This document shows positions 19,189 to 29,968 of a stretch of DNA of 64,000 bases, one piece after another (position 1 is the first letter of the stretch; each line of letters starts with the position of its first letter). The notes beneath the pieces are model-generated. The model did no database searches, was not told where the DNA came from, and worked only from the letters and a program-made list of their open reading frames with translations. The position numbers and the translations under genes are program-made. Source of the stretch: Patescibacteria group bacterium. Its GTDB lineage: Bacteria; Patescibacteriota; Microgenomatia; UBA10105; UBA927. The stretch is from positions 65,429 to 129,428 of the forward strand of contig DATKGN010000006.1 of assembly GCA_035510735.1 (NCBI GenBank), in the 5' to 3' direction.

Positions 19189-19250
19189 TTGCAATTATTG
19201 TATCACGGCTTGAATGATGACGCTCCATTTCGTACACTGCAAGCGGACAT

Positions 19251-20369
19251 ATGACAAACAAAATACTAGTCGGTATATTTCTTCTTTATGTGATGGGTTA
19301 CGCAGCCCATGCACTGGTTCTTCACAAAACCGTCTATGGGGACGGCATATTTTATTATTCATGGCTGAGATCCGCCGTCATTGATCATGATGTCTCATTT
19401 AAAAGCGATTATGCGTATTTCCACACATCGCAGCCCGCGACTCCCCTTCATATACAGGGCAATAAATATACGGTCGGCCCGGCACTCCTTTGGGCACCGT
19501 GGTTTCTTTTAACCAACGAAATTGTGCGCGGCACGGGATATGAATTTCCCTACCAATTCATAGTCGGGCTATCGAGTGTCTTTTATGCGTTTATCGGGTT
19601 ACTCCTTTTATACCGGTTATTGGGTAACTATTTCGGAAAAACAGCAACAATGGCAACGCTTATCGGTATCGCACTCGCGACAAATCTATTTTTTTATGGA
19701 TCACTCGATGCGGTCAATTCCCACGCGGTATCGTTCTTTGCGGCATCATTTTTCATAACGCTTGTGTTGGCCAGTCGGAAAAACTGGTTCTTCATCGGAT
19801 GTGCACTCGGACTTATCGCCCTCATTCGGACACAGGACATTATTCTCGGACTCCTCGCTCTTCCCTATATTAAACCAAAAAATATCCTATATTTTCTAAG
19901 CGGCGCATTCGTATTGTTTCTGCCGCAGCTTGTCGGATGGCAGCTCGTTAACGGCAACTTCTGGCACAGCCCGTATTTAAGTTCGTTTGAAGGATTTGAT
20001 TTTATCCACCCTAACATTATTGGTGTGTTATTTTCTTTGCAAAATGGGTTACTGCTTTGGACTCCAATCATCATTCTGGGATTTATCGGTCTTCTGAAGA
20101 AAAAAACAGAATTGCCACTCAAACTCATGGCCGCAATCATACTGGTACAGCTCTACCTGGTCGCAAGCTGGAGCACATGGTGGCAGGGAGCCTCATATAG
20201 CGGCCGAATGTTCGTAAGCATCCTACCGCTTATTGCGTTCGGCCTTGCGAATTTCTTTTCCTTTTTTGAGAGTCCGCGTTTCAGATATACGACGGTAATG
20301 TACGCAATTACTCTGCCACTCTCTATCATCAATTTTCTTTTAATGTTCTATTTTTTACTTATCCACTAG
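19251..20369 (+). CDS. GT-C-type multi-pass membrane glycosyltransferase
   Basis: GDGIFYYSWLRS, many TM segments, WWQGASYSGRMF. Confidence 0.7.
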   Translation: MTNKILVGIFLLYVMGYAAHALVLHKTVYGDGIFYYSWLRSAVIDHDVSFKSDYAYFHTSQPATPLHIQGNKYTVGPALLWAPWFLLTNEIVRGTGYEFPYQFIVGLSSVFYAFIGLLLLYRLLGNYFGKTATMATLIGIALATNLFFYGSLDAVNSHAVSFFAASFFITLVLASRKNWFFIGCALGLIALIRTQDIILGLLALPYIKPKNILYFLSGAFVLFLPQLVGWQLVNGNFWHSPYLSSFEGFDFIHPNIIGVLFSLQNGLLLWTPIIILGFIGLLKKKTELPLKLMAAIILVQLYLVASWSTWWQGASYSGRMFVSILPLIAFGLANFFSFFESPRFRYTTVMYAITLPLSIINFLLMFYFLLIH

Positions 20370-21997
20370 TGGCCGTGGAAGAGTAGAATCGTGTGTCCGA
20401 CTATTTCGAAAATATTTTTCTTTTGATATTGAGGTTTCAGATAATATCCACAGTAATACCAATTAGACAAATTGATCGCAGTTAACGTACTTCCGGTATT
20501 ACCGGAAAAATCTATTTTGTGAAATGCACAGATCTCCTCAAATTTATAGCTCCCGTACGGAGTGATGCTCGTTAACCCGTATGGCGCGGCATCATCTCTT
20601 CCGAAATATGAAAAATATAGTACCGCAGGACGAATGCCGTTCACGTACGTGGTTAACGATTCAAGCGACTGCCCCCAATCAATATTTGAATCAATAAATT
20701 GTAGCGAACTTTCTTTACTGCGTCCCGCCAACTCATTCGTATAGGAAAGATAATATGGATGAAACAATAACGTACCGGCCATGTACCAGATGCATAATAA
20801 GAATACAAACGACATGATGACGACATGTTTAAAACGAACAATTGTCGTAGCGGCGATAATAATAATGAAGGGATACATAGGCAACACATATCGAACAAGC
20901 GGCTGCATTTTCGAGAGTGATGAAACGATTACTATTGATATGATGGGAATCAAGAATAACCATTCATCACTATCAGAAGCGGTTTTAGGTATGAAGGCAG
21001 CGAGAGTGCCAGCAATAAATAAAATCAGAAGCGGTAATGGCATCTTATAGATAACATTGACGACCATAAAGTACCATCGGGATGTCGTATAAAAATTTCC
21101 CAGGAAAAAATATGAGGCCGGTCGGGTCGTACGAATTGCGGTATTCTTCAGGACCGCAATATAATTCCCCAGAGGAACAGGCGTATGCCGTAGAAAATTT
21201 AGTGAAGATGCAAGTAAAAAATTATGCTGCCTGAACGCAATCTGTGAAAGCGTCGTTGAAACTCTCCCCATGGCATTACCCGGTGCAACAATTACATCGG
21301 TCTTAAAAAAATACGTGGACCACATTGCAAGTAAAAAGACGATAACAGATAACGCGATTGAAACCTTATTGCGCAAAATCCATTGCAAATGTTTTATTCT
21401 AACAATGCTTACGAATGCAAACACTGCACTCACCGCATAGAACGGTACTGTCGTTATTTTTGAAGCAGCCATGAGACCGACAAATAATCCGTGAAGGATA
21501 AAATTTGTGACAGTTGGTTTTTTTAGCATCGTGAATAGCGATGTATATACTAAAAAGAAAAAGAGTGTAGCCCCCATATCGAGCGTCACATAATGACTGT
21601 TGCCAAGAATAGTTGGTTCAAACACATAGAGAAATAGCGCTAATAGTGCAACATCACTGCCGAAAAACGTAGAAGAAGTACAGAATATCAGAACACCCAA
21701 CGCAACTCCCATCCCGATAATTACCATTCTTGCCGGTAGTATTTGAATATTGGGCACTCGGGAATGAAAAATATCCGTGCCACCGATTAATAGCGGTATG
21801 ACAGCAAGCTCCCGGATAAGCGGCGGATTATTTGTATCAATAAGAAACTCATGTTTTAGCCATGCATTTTTTCCTTCCTGCACATGAACTATCTCATCAT
21901 ACGTTAACGACTCATGAAGAGCACTCGAGACAGACAAAACGGAAAAGAGAATAAGAAGAAGGGCAGCCCCAAACAATGCAAATCGTTTTGATATCAT
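20366..21997 (-). CDS. ArnT/PMT-like GT-C membrane glycosyltransferase
   Basis: TYDE..H, NNPPL, EPTILGNSHYVTLD, RYVLP, DSNIDWGQ. Confidence 0.8.
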   Translation of the reverse strand: MISKRFALFGAALLLILFSVLSVSSALHESLTYDEIVHVQEGKNAWLKHEFLIDTNNPPLIRELAVIPLLIGGTDIFHSRVPNIQILPARMVIIGMGVALGVLIFCTSSTFFGSDVALLALFLYVFEPTILGNSHYVTLDMGATLFFFLVYTSLFTMLKKPTVTNFILHGLFVGLMAASKITTVPFYAVSAVFAFVSIVRIKHLQWILRNKVSIALSVIVFLLAMWSTYFFKTDVIVAPGNAMGRVSTTLSQIAFRQHNFLLASSLNFLRHTPVPLGNYIAVLKNTAIRTTRPASYFFLGNFYTTSRWYFMVVNVIYKMPLPLLILFIAGTLAAFIPKTASDSDEWLFLIPIISIVIVSSLSKMQPLVRYVLPMYPFIIIIAATTIVRFKHVVIMSFVFLLCIWYMAGTLLFHPYYLSYTNELAGRSKESSLQFIDSNIDWGQSLESLTTYVNGIRPAVLYFSYFGRDDAAPYGLTSITPYGSYKFEEICAFHKIDFSGNTGSTLTAINLSNWYYCGYYLKPQYQKKNIFEIVGHTILLFHGH

Positions 21998-23139
21998 GAT
22001 AAGAGATGATGATATAAATCGCTCAATTTCCTGGCACCAATTGCTATATCATGAACCGTTTCCGCGCGTCTTCTTGCTTTTTTCCCGTAGGCCAACCGTT
22101 TTTTCGGATTTAGGATAAACGATTTTACCGCCTTGGTAATTGCGGAGACGTCACCCGGCTTTACTAAAATTCCAGCATCACCGATATTCTCTGGAATCCC
22201 CCCCGTTCTCGTTGTAACAATAGGTAATCCTGCAGCCTGTGCTTCAAGAAGCGCTGTGCAATATTGTTCATCGTACGTCGGTGTCGGCTTACTTGGCGCA
22301 ATAAAAATATCCGCGCGGTCATATTCATTAGGCATCTTTTCATAAGAAACAGCTGAATGAAATGTGATATCAGACAATCCCAGTCGTCGTTCCTCATCCA
22401 ACATTGATTGTTTTTCCGATCCGCCCCCGACAAACTTCAATCGGAGCGAATAATGTGACAACTCCGAGTCTTTCCGAAGAAGCGCCGCAGCGGCCAGAAT
22501 ATCAAAAACGCCTTTGTACTTTTCTAACCTGCCGCTAAACAAAATCGTAAATTCTCGTTTTTTATTCGAAAATCGCCGGCTGCTAGCCTCTCGTGTCGGG
22601 TTGAACCGGTGCGTATCTATAAAATGAGAAATAACGGTTATCTTATCGGGATCGGTACCCTCCTCAATGAGAACTGCTTTTGTCTTTTGCGTGAGAGCAA
22701 TAATATAATCAAGCTCCTGTCGCGCTCGCTTTTTGAACCCCTTTCTCCCCCGAATGCCTTCATTATTAAAGGGTATATTTTCCAACACGGTCGCAATGAC
22801 TTTCCTTACATATCCTTTCCTCTTCGCGTTTAGACATTGCTGGGTATAATGAAAATACGTTTCGGCAGTGTGAACGATATCAAATCCTTTGAGTTTTTCT
22901 TCAAGACCGTATAGGTAATGCACATCAATAAACATTCTGTTTAACAGCGGCATTTTATACGGGAAATCCGGAATATCCATAGGGCTCGGCAACTTCACAA
23001 CGGGGAATGCAAATGAATCGTGGTAGCTCGTCAGTGATCCGAAACCCGTCAAATCGAACTGTTTGACCAGCGGTTCGTAAAACTGCATTTCGTATTTATT
23101 AAGGAATTTACCTCGGACTATCGCAATTTTCGATTTCAT
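21994..23139 (-). CDS. Glycosyltransferase family 4
   Basis: SGRLEKYKG, EQYCTALLEAQAAGLPIV, GGIPE. Confidence 0.9.
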   Translation of the reverse strand: MKSKIAIVRGKFLNKYEMQFYEPLVKQFDLTGFGSLTSYHDSFAFPVVKLPSPMDIPDFPYKMPLLNRMFIDVHYLYGLEEKLKGFDIVHTAETYFHYTQQCLNAKRKGYVRKVIATVLENIPFNNEGIRGRKGFKKRARQELDYIIALTQKTKAVLIEEGTDPDKITVISHFIDTHRFNPTREASSRRFSNKKREFTILFSGRLEKYKGVFDILAAAALLRKDSELSHYSLRLKFVGGGSEKQSMLDEERRLGLSDITFHSAVSYEKMPNEYDRADIFIAPSKPTPTYDEQYCTALLEAQAAGLPIVTTRTGGIPENIGDAGILVKPGDVSAITKAVKSFILNPKKRLAYGKKARRRAETVHDIAIGARKLSDLYHHLLS

Positions 23140-24725
23140 AATGATGGAATAATTGTCGGCGTATCTGTTCTCCAAACCTCAACATTTCCGCCTCCGAAAT
23201 ACAATTCGTATCCGTACTGCGTAAACGATTCGTTCTTGTCTGCAATTATATACGAAGGACGCATAACCGTTAACTCACGAAAATTATTTTTACCGGTTAT
23301 CGGATCGGCAAACCGTGGCGTGTAGGTAGGTGTCCAGCCGTAATAATAGTTAAGAATCGGGATGGATTCACGAAGTAAGAACGGCTGCATACAACAGACA
23401 AAATTAGCTACGAAGAAATTTGAACCATCCCGCCGCCTTAACTCATGGGCAATAGCGGATTCATTGCTGCGAAACGGCTCAAATGTACCTTTAATTGTGT
23501 TAAAGTTCATGACAAAAAGCCAAACGACGCTCCCGATTAAACATAGCACTAAATAGCGCTTCACAACGTTACTTCCTTTGACAATCATATAGTCCGCGCA
23601 AAATGTGATGACCATAACAACAGGAATCATGAGTGGCACAACGACCCGTTGAGGTACGCGGAACATACGAACCAATGTGATGTTGTGAAACAGCCAGTAA
23701 AACGGCGAATACGGATACCGAAGCGATATATAACAGGCCGCCGTAATAACAAATATGACAGCAAGGCGTACCGGATATGATTTCCAAACTTTTTGAATAT
23801 AAAGCAATGGTATTACTGCAAACGGAGTAATAAACGCATAATATTCATACCAATTGTAATGAAATCCGATAATCCGTTGAAGCGTCGGCCTGTCGTAGAA
23901 CTCCACCTGCCACGGGATTAAGAACGATAATGGTAACAGCCATGCGTGAATCGAGCCGGCATACGGATCTATCGTTTGCAAACGATTGATATGAGGTATC
24001 ACGTCGCGGATAAACGGTAGGAGTTTTGATAATGCAAACGCGACAAAAAAACCATAGATATACAATATCTCCTGAATGATTTCTTTAAGTTTACTGTTCT
24101 TGGTAATAATGCGATAAGCTGCCGAAACGACGTAAAATAAACTGAAAAACCAAAGACTGTAAAAATCCGCGGTGAGTAAAATACACGCGTAAATAATCCC
24201 CACTGTTGCAGCCTCAACGGGTTTCATCCGTTTACGGAAAAAATAGAGAAAAACGACCGGTCCGATCGCATATCCTGCAAACTTTTCCACATGACCGGCT
24301 GCTATCATTGCAGCGAGAGCTCCGGAAAATTCATACAGAATTGCACCCCACGCAATCGCCCACGGACGTAGTTTGAACGATGACAGAAAATACCACATCG
24401 AAAGACCGGACCCGATAATCGTGACGGCGATAAGCACCCGGAGTCCGTTATCAGGACCAAACAGGAAAAATAACGGCATATAAAACGGGCTCAGCATAAA
24501 TGACGAATCTCCGAGGGCTGGTATCCCCAAGCCAATGTTCGGATTCCAGCTGAGATACGGAAACGGATGCGTATACGCCCGAAGCGCAAATGTTGCCATC
24601 GGCAGGATGACGTTATAGTCCGTATCCAGACGGAAAGATAGGTGTCTCGTCACAACCCAGAGTGGAATAATAAGGAGTATCGCAACAAATAATACCGGCA
24701 AATAACTTCGATTCGTTAAACGCAT
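23136..24725 (-). CDS. YfhO-like/GT-C multi-pass membrane protein
   Basis: WNPNIGLGIP, MFRVPQR, many TM segments; lies in the glycan cluster. Confidence 0.65.
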   Translation of the reverse strand: MRLTNRSYLPVLFVAILLIIPLWVVTRHLSFRLDTDYNVILPMATFALRAYTHPFPYLSWNPNIGLGIPALGDSSFMLSPFYMPLFFLFGPDNGLRVLIAVTIIGSGLSMWYFLSSFKLRPWAIAWGAILYEFSGALAAMIAAGHVEKFAGYAIGPVVFLYFFRKRMKPVEAATVGIIYACILLTADFYSLWFFSLFYVVSAAYRIITKNSKLKEIIQEILYIYGFFVAFALSKLLPFIRDVIPHINRLQTIDPYAGSIHAWLLPLSFLIPWQVEFYDRPTLQRIIGFHYNWYEYYAFITPFAVIPLLYIQKVWKSYPVRLAVIFVITAACYISLRYPYSPFYWLFHNITLVRMFRVPQRVVVPLMIPVVMVITFCADYMIVKGSNVVKRYLVLCLIGSVVWLFVMNFNTIKGTFEPFRSNESAIAHELRRRDGSNFFVANFVCCMQPFLLRESIPILNYYYGWTPTYTPRFADPITGKNNFRELTVMRPSYIIADKNESFTQYGYELYFGGGNVEVWRTDTPTIIPSL

Positions 24726-24785
24726 TATTAATGGTAATAAGCAGTTTACCTCTTGGGCGGTTACGAAACCGTATTATATAGCACC

Positions 24786-25667
24786 TCAATACCCTTGTGT
24801 TATTTGCTTTTTAGAAAGAAGTACCGGAATGGTTTTGTTGGTAACCGGAAAATGATTGCCGCAATTGCTGCATTTCACATTGGTTCCGTTTACGTAAATC
24901 AACGGATTTGCAAAACACAACGGACAACGAAGTATCGTTAGTAATCGCGCAATAATCCGGCTCGGGGCGACATTGATTTGAACATTCCAGAGCAACAATC
25001 TAAGTGTCTTTATACATTTCCGCTTCACCCGCCGCATCATCCAATAGATATAGAATGTTGCGTCAGGAATAAAATCCGGCTTCGCTTGTTGCAGTAATTT
25101 CCATGCGCTTCGGTCAAGGTTTTCAACCCATGTTTTTGAAGCTTCATGGGTATCCACACATAAATTAACACTTCCGTTCCATTCATATCGCACGTACATT
25201 TCATGTTCATATTTCTCGAAAAATCGCCGGAACCAAATCGTCTGGGCAATCAACCTATGGAAAAAACCCTTAAATTGTTCGCCTTCCGTTTTTCTGCGAA
25301 GCATGAGGACTCCGGATTCAACCGAACAATACCAATGGTGAAAATTCCAACCAAAAACCCGCTCCGATAATGCGGAGGGAACTTCTATATATCCGCTCTT
25401 GGCCACCCTGACGACCTCCGCGATAAATCTCTTCGGATCATCCATATGTTCCAGAATATGCGAACAAATAACATAATCGAATGCCTTATCGTCAAACGGT
25501 AAATGGTAACCATCGGCAACTACCATCGACCGGTCAATAACGATCGAAAATTCACCAGCGCGTTCCCCATCGTCGCTGAGATACCGGTCGCAAAGGATGT
25601 CCGACCGGGGATTCGGATTATTACCGCTTCCGATTTCCAAAACAATATCTGTCGGTTTAATGTTCAT
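24786..25667 (-). CDS. SAM methyltransferase with C-terminal Trm112-like zinc ribbon
   Basis: LEIGSG, LPFDDKAFDYVICSHILEH; C-terminal LRCPLC...CSNC...FPV...IPVLL. Confidence 0.8.
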   Translation of the reverse strand: MNIKPTDIVLEIGSGNNPNPRSDILCDRYLSDDGERAGEFSIVIDRSMVVADGYHLPFDDKAFDYVICSHILEHMDDPKRFIAEVVRVAKSGYIEVPSALSERVFGWNFHHWYCSVESGVLMLRRKTEGEQFKGFFHRLIAQTIWFRRFFEKYEHEMYVRYEWNGSVNLCVDTHEASKTWVENLDRSAWKLLQQAKPDFIPDATFYIYWMMRRVKRKCIKTLRLLLWNVQINVAPSRIIARLLTILRCPLCFANPLIYVNGTNVKCSNCGNHFPVTNKTIPVLLSKKQITQGY

Positions 25668-26745
25668 AGTACGCAAGAAGGTTATATATTTGGGAGGCAA
25701 ATGTCTTCCATCGAAACTTTCTTGACCGTTCAATAGCGCGGACCCTAATTTTTTTTTGCAAAGCATCATCGGAAAGAAACTGATAAAGCGTATTTGCAAT
25801 GTCCACTTCTTGCGCATTTCTTGACACAAGACCTCCGCCACCAACTATTTCTTTCATTGCTCCCCGGTCAACAGAAATAACCGGAGTCCCGCACGCCATA
25901 CTCTCAACTGCCGGTAGACAAAACCCTTCATGCAATGGTGTTGTAAACAAAGCGGTCGCGCCGCGATAGTATTTGGGCAATTCACTATCTGAGATAAGGC
26001 CTATTTTTTTAACCCGACGTTCAAGTCCTAGTTCCTGAATCGTTTTATCGATGCGCGAATCGGGCCAATAATCGCCGCCGACAAGTAAAAAGTCGTATGG
26101 CTTTTTTACCCGTTTCATGGCAAGCGAAAATGCACGTATGGCCAGTGACAAATCTTTCGCCTTATTCAGACTCCCGACGAAAAGTACATACGGATTTGTT
26201 GATTGAAATGCCACTCCGATTGGAGAAAATAGCGAGTCAACCCCAGGGTACGCCACCGTAACTTTCGATTGGTCAACCGTATATTCCCGAAGTATATCTT
26301 TTTTTGAGGTGTTGGAAATAGTTACTATGGAATCCGCACGTTCAACGAGCGACTGCGTTTGTGTTTTCAGTTTTTGTGCTGCGTTTCCATACGCATCCGG
26401 GTTAAATAAAAACCCGAGATCATAAATGAACCCTATATTGTGCGACGTAGAGCGGGGGATGGCCTGAGAGACCCCCAAAAAGACATCGACGGGATGGATC
26501 GTTAATTCAATGGGTAAACGGACGGTAAACCATCCTCTTGCAGGAGTTATCACAACATTCGTCATTCGATCGCCCAATTCGCTTATCACTCCCCGATCAA
26601 TCGGACTGAAACTGTACAACCGGTAGGTATTTTTCATATCCATTCGGGCGAGTTCTCGGAGTAAATGAAGTGTGACCCTATACACCCCAACTTTTAGCCG
26701 GTCATCGGTGATCGATAGTGCTCCCGCATCAACACCGATAATCAT
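25657..26745 (-). CDS. Glycosyltransferase family 4
   Basis: LFVGSLNKAK, HEGFCLPAVESMACGTPVI. Confidence 0.9.
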   Translation of the reverse strand: MIIGVDAGALSITDDRLKVGVYRVTLHLLRELARMDMKNTYRLYSFSPIDRGVISELGDRMTNVVITPARGWFTVRLPIELTIHPVDVFLGVSQAIPRSTSHNIGFIYDLGFLFNPDAYGNAAQKLKTQTQSLVERADSIVTISNTSKKDILREYTVDQSKVTVAYPGVDSLFSPIGVAFQSTNPYVLFVGSLNKAKDLSLAIRAFSLAMKRVKKPYDFLLVGGDYWPDSRIDKTIQELGLERRVKKIGLISDSELPKYYRGATALFTTPLHEGFCLPAVESMACGTPVISVDRGAMKEIVGGGGLVSRNAQEVDIANTLYQFLSDDALQKKIRVRAIERSRKFRWKTFASQIYNLLAYYEH

Positions 26746-27623
26746 AATTGCACCTCTCTGTATTTCCGAAACCCGTCTTTAATACCTAAAAATGGCGTTA
26801 TCATAGACCGTACACTAACCTCCCGTCCGAAACCGAACATGCATCGGAGTATCCAGTTCATTCTGGTAACTAAAAAGACAGGAAAATATAGTTTATTACA
26901 GTGTTTTAAGAAAAAATAGGTTTCGTTACTTAAAAAGTGATAGTACCATTGCATTCTGCCTTCTGTTTTGCGGCCGCCACCGCTGACTTCTCTCATGTGA
27001 GTCACAACGGCCGTCGGATCATATACCACCCGATACCCCAGTTTTTTGATTCTCAGGGCTAAATCCGATTCTTCCCGTATAGCCGCCGTGAATCTTTCAT
27101 CAAAACCCCCGGCTCTTAAAAAAATACGTTTAGGAAATGCCATATTACATCCAACCGGAGTATCAACCTCTTGTCGAATAGTTGATGAAAACCCATCTGA
27201 AAATGTTGACCATGGCGAAATCCGACCCGTATGCGTATTCTTTGGATCAATTTCTTGTCCATCGGTAATAATTCTGCCCGCGACACAACCGATTGTTGGG
27301 TCAGAAAAATTTTTCACGAGGTTATTAATGCAATCTCTATGGACGACGATGTCATCGTCAAAGAAGATATAAAACTTGCCCTTCGCTTTTTTTACTCCTA
27401 GGTTTTTTGCCCGGGCGGTATTATGTATATTTGAAAATATATAGAATAACGTAATTTTCAATTTCTTTGCGTCACGTAAATACTCATTTCCATTTTTATC
27501 GCCTTGTTCAACAACGATTATTTCCATACGTGCCGTAATTTGCGAACTAATACTATCAAGTAGTCTAAGCAGGCTTTTTTTCCTGTGAAGCGTTGGAATA
27601 ATAATGGAAATATTAATAGACAT
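26742..27623 (-). CDS. Glycosyltransferase family 2
   Basis: SIIIPT, FFDDD, GCNM, GGFDERF, REESDL. Confidence 0.9.
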   Translation of the reverse strand: MSINISIIIPTLHRKKSLLRLLDSISSQITARMEIIVVEQGDKNGNEYLRDAKKLKITLFYIFSNIHNTARAKNLGVKKAKGKFYIFFDDDIVVHRDCINNLVKNFSDPTIGCVAGRIITDGQEIDPKNTHTGRISPWSTFSDGFSSTIRQEVDTPVGCNMAFPKRIFLRAGGFDERFTAAIREESDLALRIKKLGYRVVYDPTAVVTHMREVSGGGRKTEGRMQWYYHFLSNETYFFLKHCNKLYFPVFLVTRMNWILRCMFGFGREVSVRSMITPFLGIKDGFRKYREVQL

Positions 27624-27634
27624 AGGATATTGTT

Positions 27635-28444
27635 TTACGCATCTTTGGCGCTTTGAGCATTGCGTAAGACCGTCTCATTCAGCTTCTCCCGGAGGCTTCT
27701 GGGTGCAAATGAATGACTTTTCCTAAACACACCGTTTTCTTTAACGAAAACCATGTCAACTGAAGCAAGCGCGTAATCGATCGGTCGATTGTAACCACCG
27801 AATATGTCATACGCAACAAACCCGTATTTATTTAAAAAGTTTACAATATCAAAAAATTGGGGTGCATTTTTATAAAAATGGAAGAAATGGACTTCGAGAA
27901 TAATTACCTCTGTCTGCTTAAGTACATTCTTGGCCCCCTCAAGCACCAAAAGCTCGGCGCCTTGCACATCAATTTTAATAAGATAGGGTCCATCCATATG
28001 CTTTTTACGGCATTGTGCATCGATTGTGATGATGGGAATGTTTCTTGCGATTCCGTCAACATAACTTCCGTCAGTTTCTTTAAATACTGAGGACCCAAGC
28101 AAATCAGGGTGAACATTAATTTCCATAGTTCCTGATCGGGGGCCAGCCGCCGCTATAATATATTCCGCGCCGTACATAGCAGATATTTGCTTCAAATCGC
28201 TTTCAAATTCTCGTAGCGGCTCTATCAAAAAATGTCTTGCTTTGGGAAACGTCTTATACAACTCGTATGTGCCGGTTGCCACGCCCACATCTATAACTGT
28301 TTTTGGTCTGAATCCCAATCTCGAAATATTGGCAAGAACTTCGGAAAGCGTTGTTCTCCTGTCCTCTCCGTGTTTCCTCGTCCTTCGAACTTCTACGCCA
28401 AAACCTTTAAATATTTTCTTCACCGTTTTTTTGAATAATTTCAT
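27635..28444 (-). CDS. FkbM family methyltransferase
   Basis: VIDVGVATG, IEP, LIKIDVQGAEL. Confidence 0.88.
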   Translation of the reverse strand: MKLFKKTVKKIFKGFGVEVRRTRKHGEDRRTTLSEVLANISRLGFRPKTVIDVGVATGTYELYKTFPKARHFLIEPLREFESDLKQISAMYGAEYIIAAAGPRSGTMEINVHPDLLGSSVFKETDGSYVDGIARNIPIITIDAQCRKKHMDGPYLIKIDVQGAELLVLEGAKNVLKQTEVIILEVHFFHFYKNAPQFFDIVNFLNKYGFVAYDIFGGYNRPIDYALASVDMVFVKENGVFRKSHSFAPRSLREKLNETVLRNAQSAKDA

Positions 28445-28454
28445 ACGTTTCCTA

Positions 28455-29720
28455 TCAAATCTTCGTATATAAATGTATTTCTCCCTTAAAATTACGAATA
28501 ACTATTACGATATAAAGCAGCGAGGTACATAGTTCCGTTATGACCGTCGTATAACTCGTTCCGATATATCCGTACTTCGGAATTACGTAGAGGTTCAGTA
28601 GAAAATTAACAACCAATGAAATAATAAGTGGCCGGATGAGATATTTCGTTTTTCCGAAAGAAAGAATGACATTAAAAAATATATTGTTAAGGAACAAAAG
28701 AGGCACTGCAAATAGTAATATTTTAAACGGCGCCATACTGGAAAAAAACTTACTTCCGCCGAGTATGCGCATTATAAGAAAAGAAAACGTATTACCTATA
28801 AAAATAATGCCGGCTGAAAGCACAACCAATACTATGACTGTTTTCGTCAATAGGTCCCGGTAATTATGAGTTTGACCTTTTCCATGATATTTCGATAGCA
28901 ATGGAAATACATTTGCCATATATAAACCCCAAAGCAAGAGACAGTTATCAATAATTTTATATGCTAATCCATAGATGCCGACATCCTGAGGCGACCGCAT
29001 GACAGAAAGCATCATCGTATCAACTTTAAAATAAAGGATAGACAGAAATGCAGTTATTCCGACAGGCAAACTAATCTTGATTATTTTTGAAACAAGTGCC
29101 CTATCAAACGCAAATTTGAATACCAATTGGTCTTTCACCAGAAGAAGTGTTGGCACGATCCCCACCAGATTACCAATAAGTACCGAACCGACGATCCAAT
29201 AAAAACTCTGTTTTGTAGCAACCACAATTGCTATCGCGATGACCGTAGCGACTTTCGTGGCGATATCAAGGTATGCCACAAAATCGAGTTTTAACTGCGC
29301 TTGTAATATCGATGTCCCGTATGAAGATAGATTACTTACAGCAACGGCAACGACACCGATGAGGATGGCAATCTTCAACATCATCGGATACGGAAAAAAC
29401 AACAATCCAATCGTTGATAATACAATGGAAACTCCGATGAGAATAAGTTTAAGATTCAGAAGTGTCGCATACGCCCGTTGCGATTGTTCCTCGTTCTGTG
29501 CAAATTCCCGTACGATTGTTTGATTTAATCCAACATCGGACAGGACGGTGAAAAATGATATGTAGGTAAATACCAACGTGTACCATCCGTATTTATCGGT
29601 ATTGAGATAGCGTGTCAGAAGGCCCACACTTATTAACGATAAAAGTACAGAAAATCCCTTCGAACCGAACTGAGTGAAGGTATTATAGATAATTTTTCGA
29701 TAGGGTAACCCGCTCGCCAT
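28455..29720 (-). CDS. Wzx-like oligosaccharide flippase
   Basis: TRYL...YG, DVGL...RE, YFKVDTMML, VGIYGLAYK, IPKYGYIG; ~12 TM. Confidence 0.88.
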   Translation of the reverse strand: MASGLPYRKIIYNTFTQFGSKGFSVLLSLISVGLLTRYLNTDKYGWYTLVFTYISFFTVLSDVGLNQTIVREFAQNEEQSQRAYATLLNLKLILIGVSIVLSTIGLLFFPYPMMLKIAILIGVVAVAVSNLSSYGTSILQAQLKLDFVAYLDIATKVATVIAIAIVVATKQSFYWIVGSVLIGNLVGIVPTLLLVKDQLVFKFAFDRALVSKIIKISLPVGITAFLSILYFKVDTMMLSVMRSPQDVGIYGLAYKIIDNCLLLWGLYMANVFPLLSKYHGKGQTHNYRDLLTKTVIVLVVLSAGIIFIGNTFSFLIMRILGGSKFFSSMAPFKILLFAVPLLFLNNIFFNVILSFGKTKYLIRPLIISLVVNFLLNLYVIPKYGYIGTSYTTVITELCTSLLYIVIVIRNFKGEIHLYTKI

Positions 29721-29968
29721 GTACGGCTAAGGGTAACATGGAAATTCATATTTGACAATCAAAATGGTTTACCCTGATGCAAATCTATTTTCCTCTGGGT
29801 CTAACATTATAATTAACAATATTCTAGTCTAATTATTCAAACGAATTGTTGATAATATTCAAATTGGAATAATCTCCTGAAGTATATTCGTAATTGTTAG
29901 ATATAACTCCCTAATTTTGTTATTTTCAATACTGAAATTAATTAATAATATTACTATTATTTAAAGTA

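Noticed and set aside
24735-24770. preQ1-like GGTTTCGTAACC hairpin on the minus strand
   Set aside because: No A-rich tail, short stem, and the downstream gene is not evidently queuosine-related
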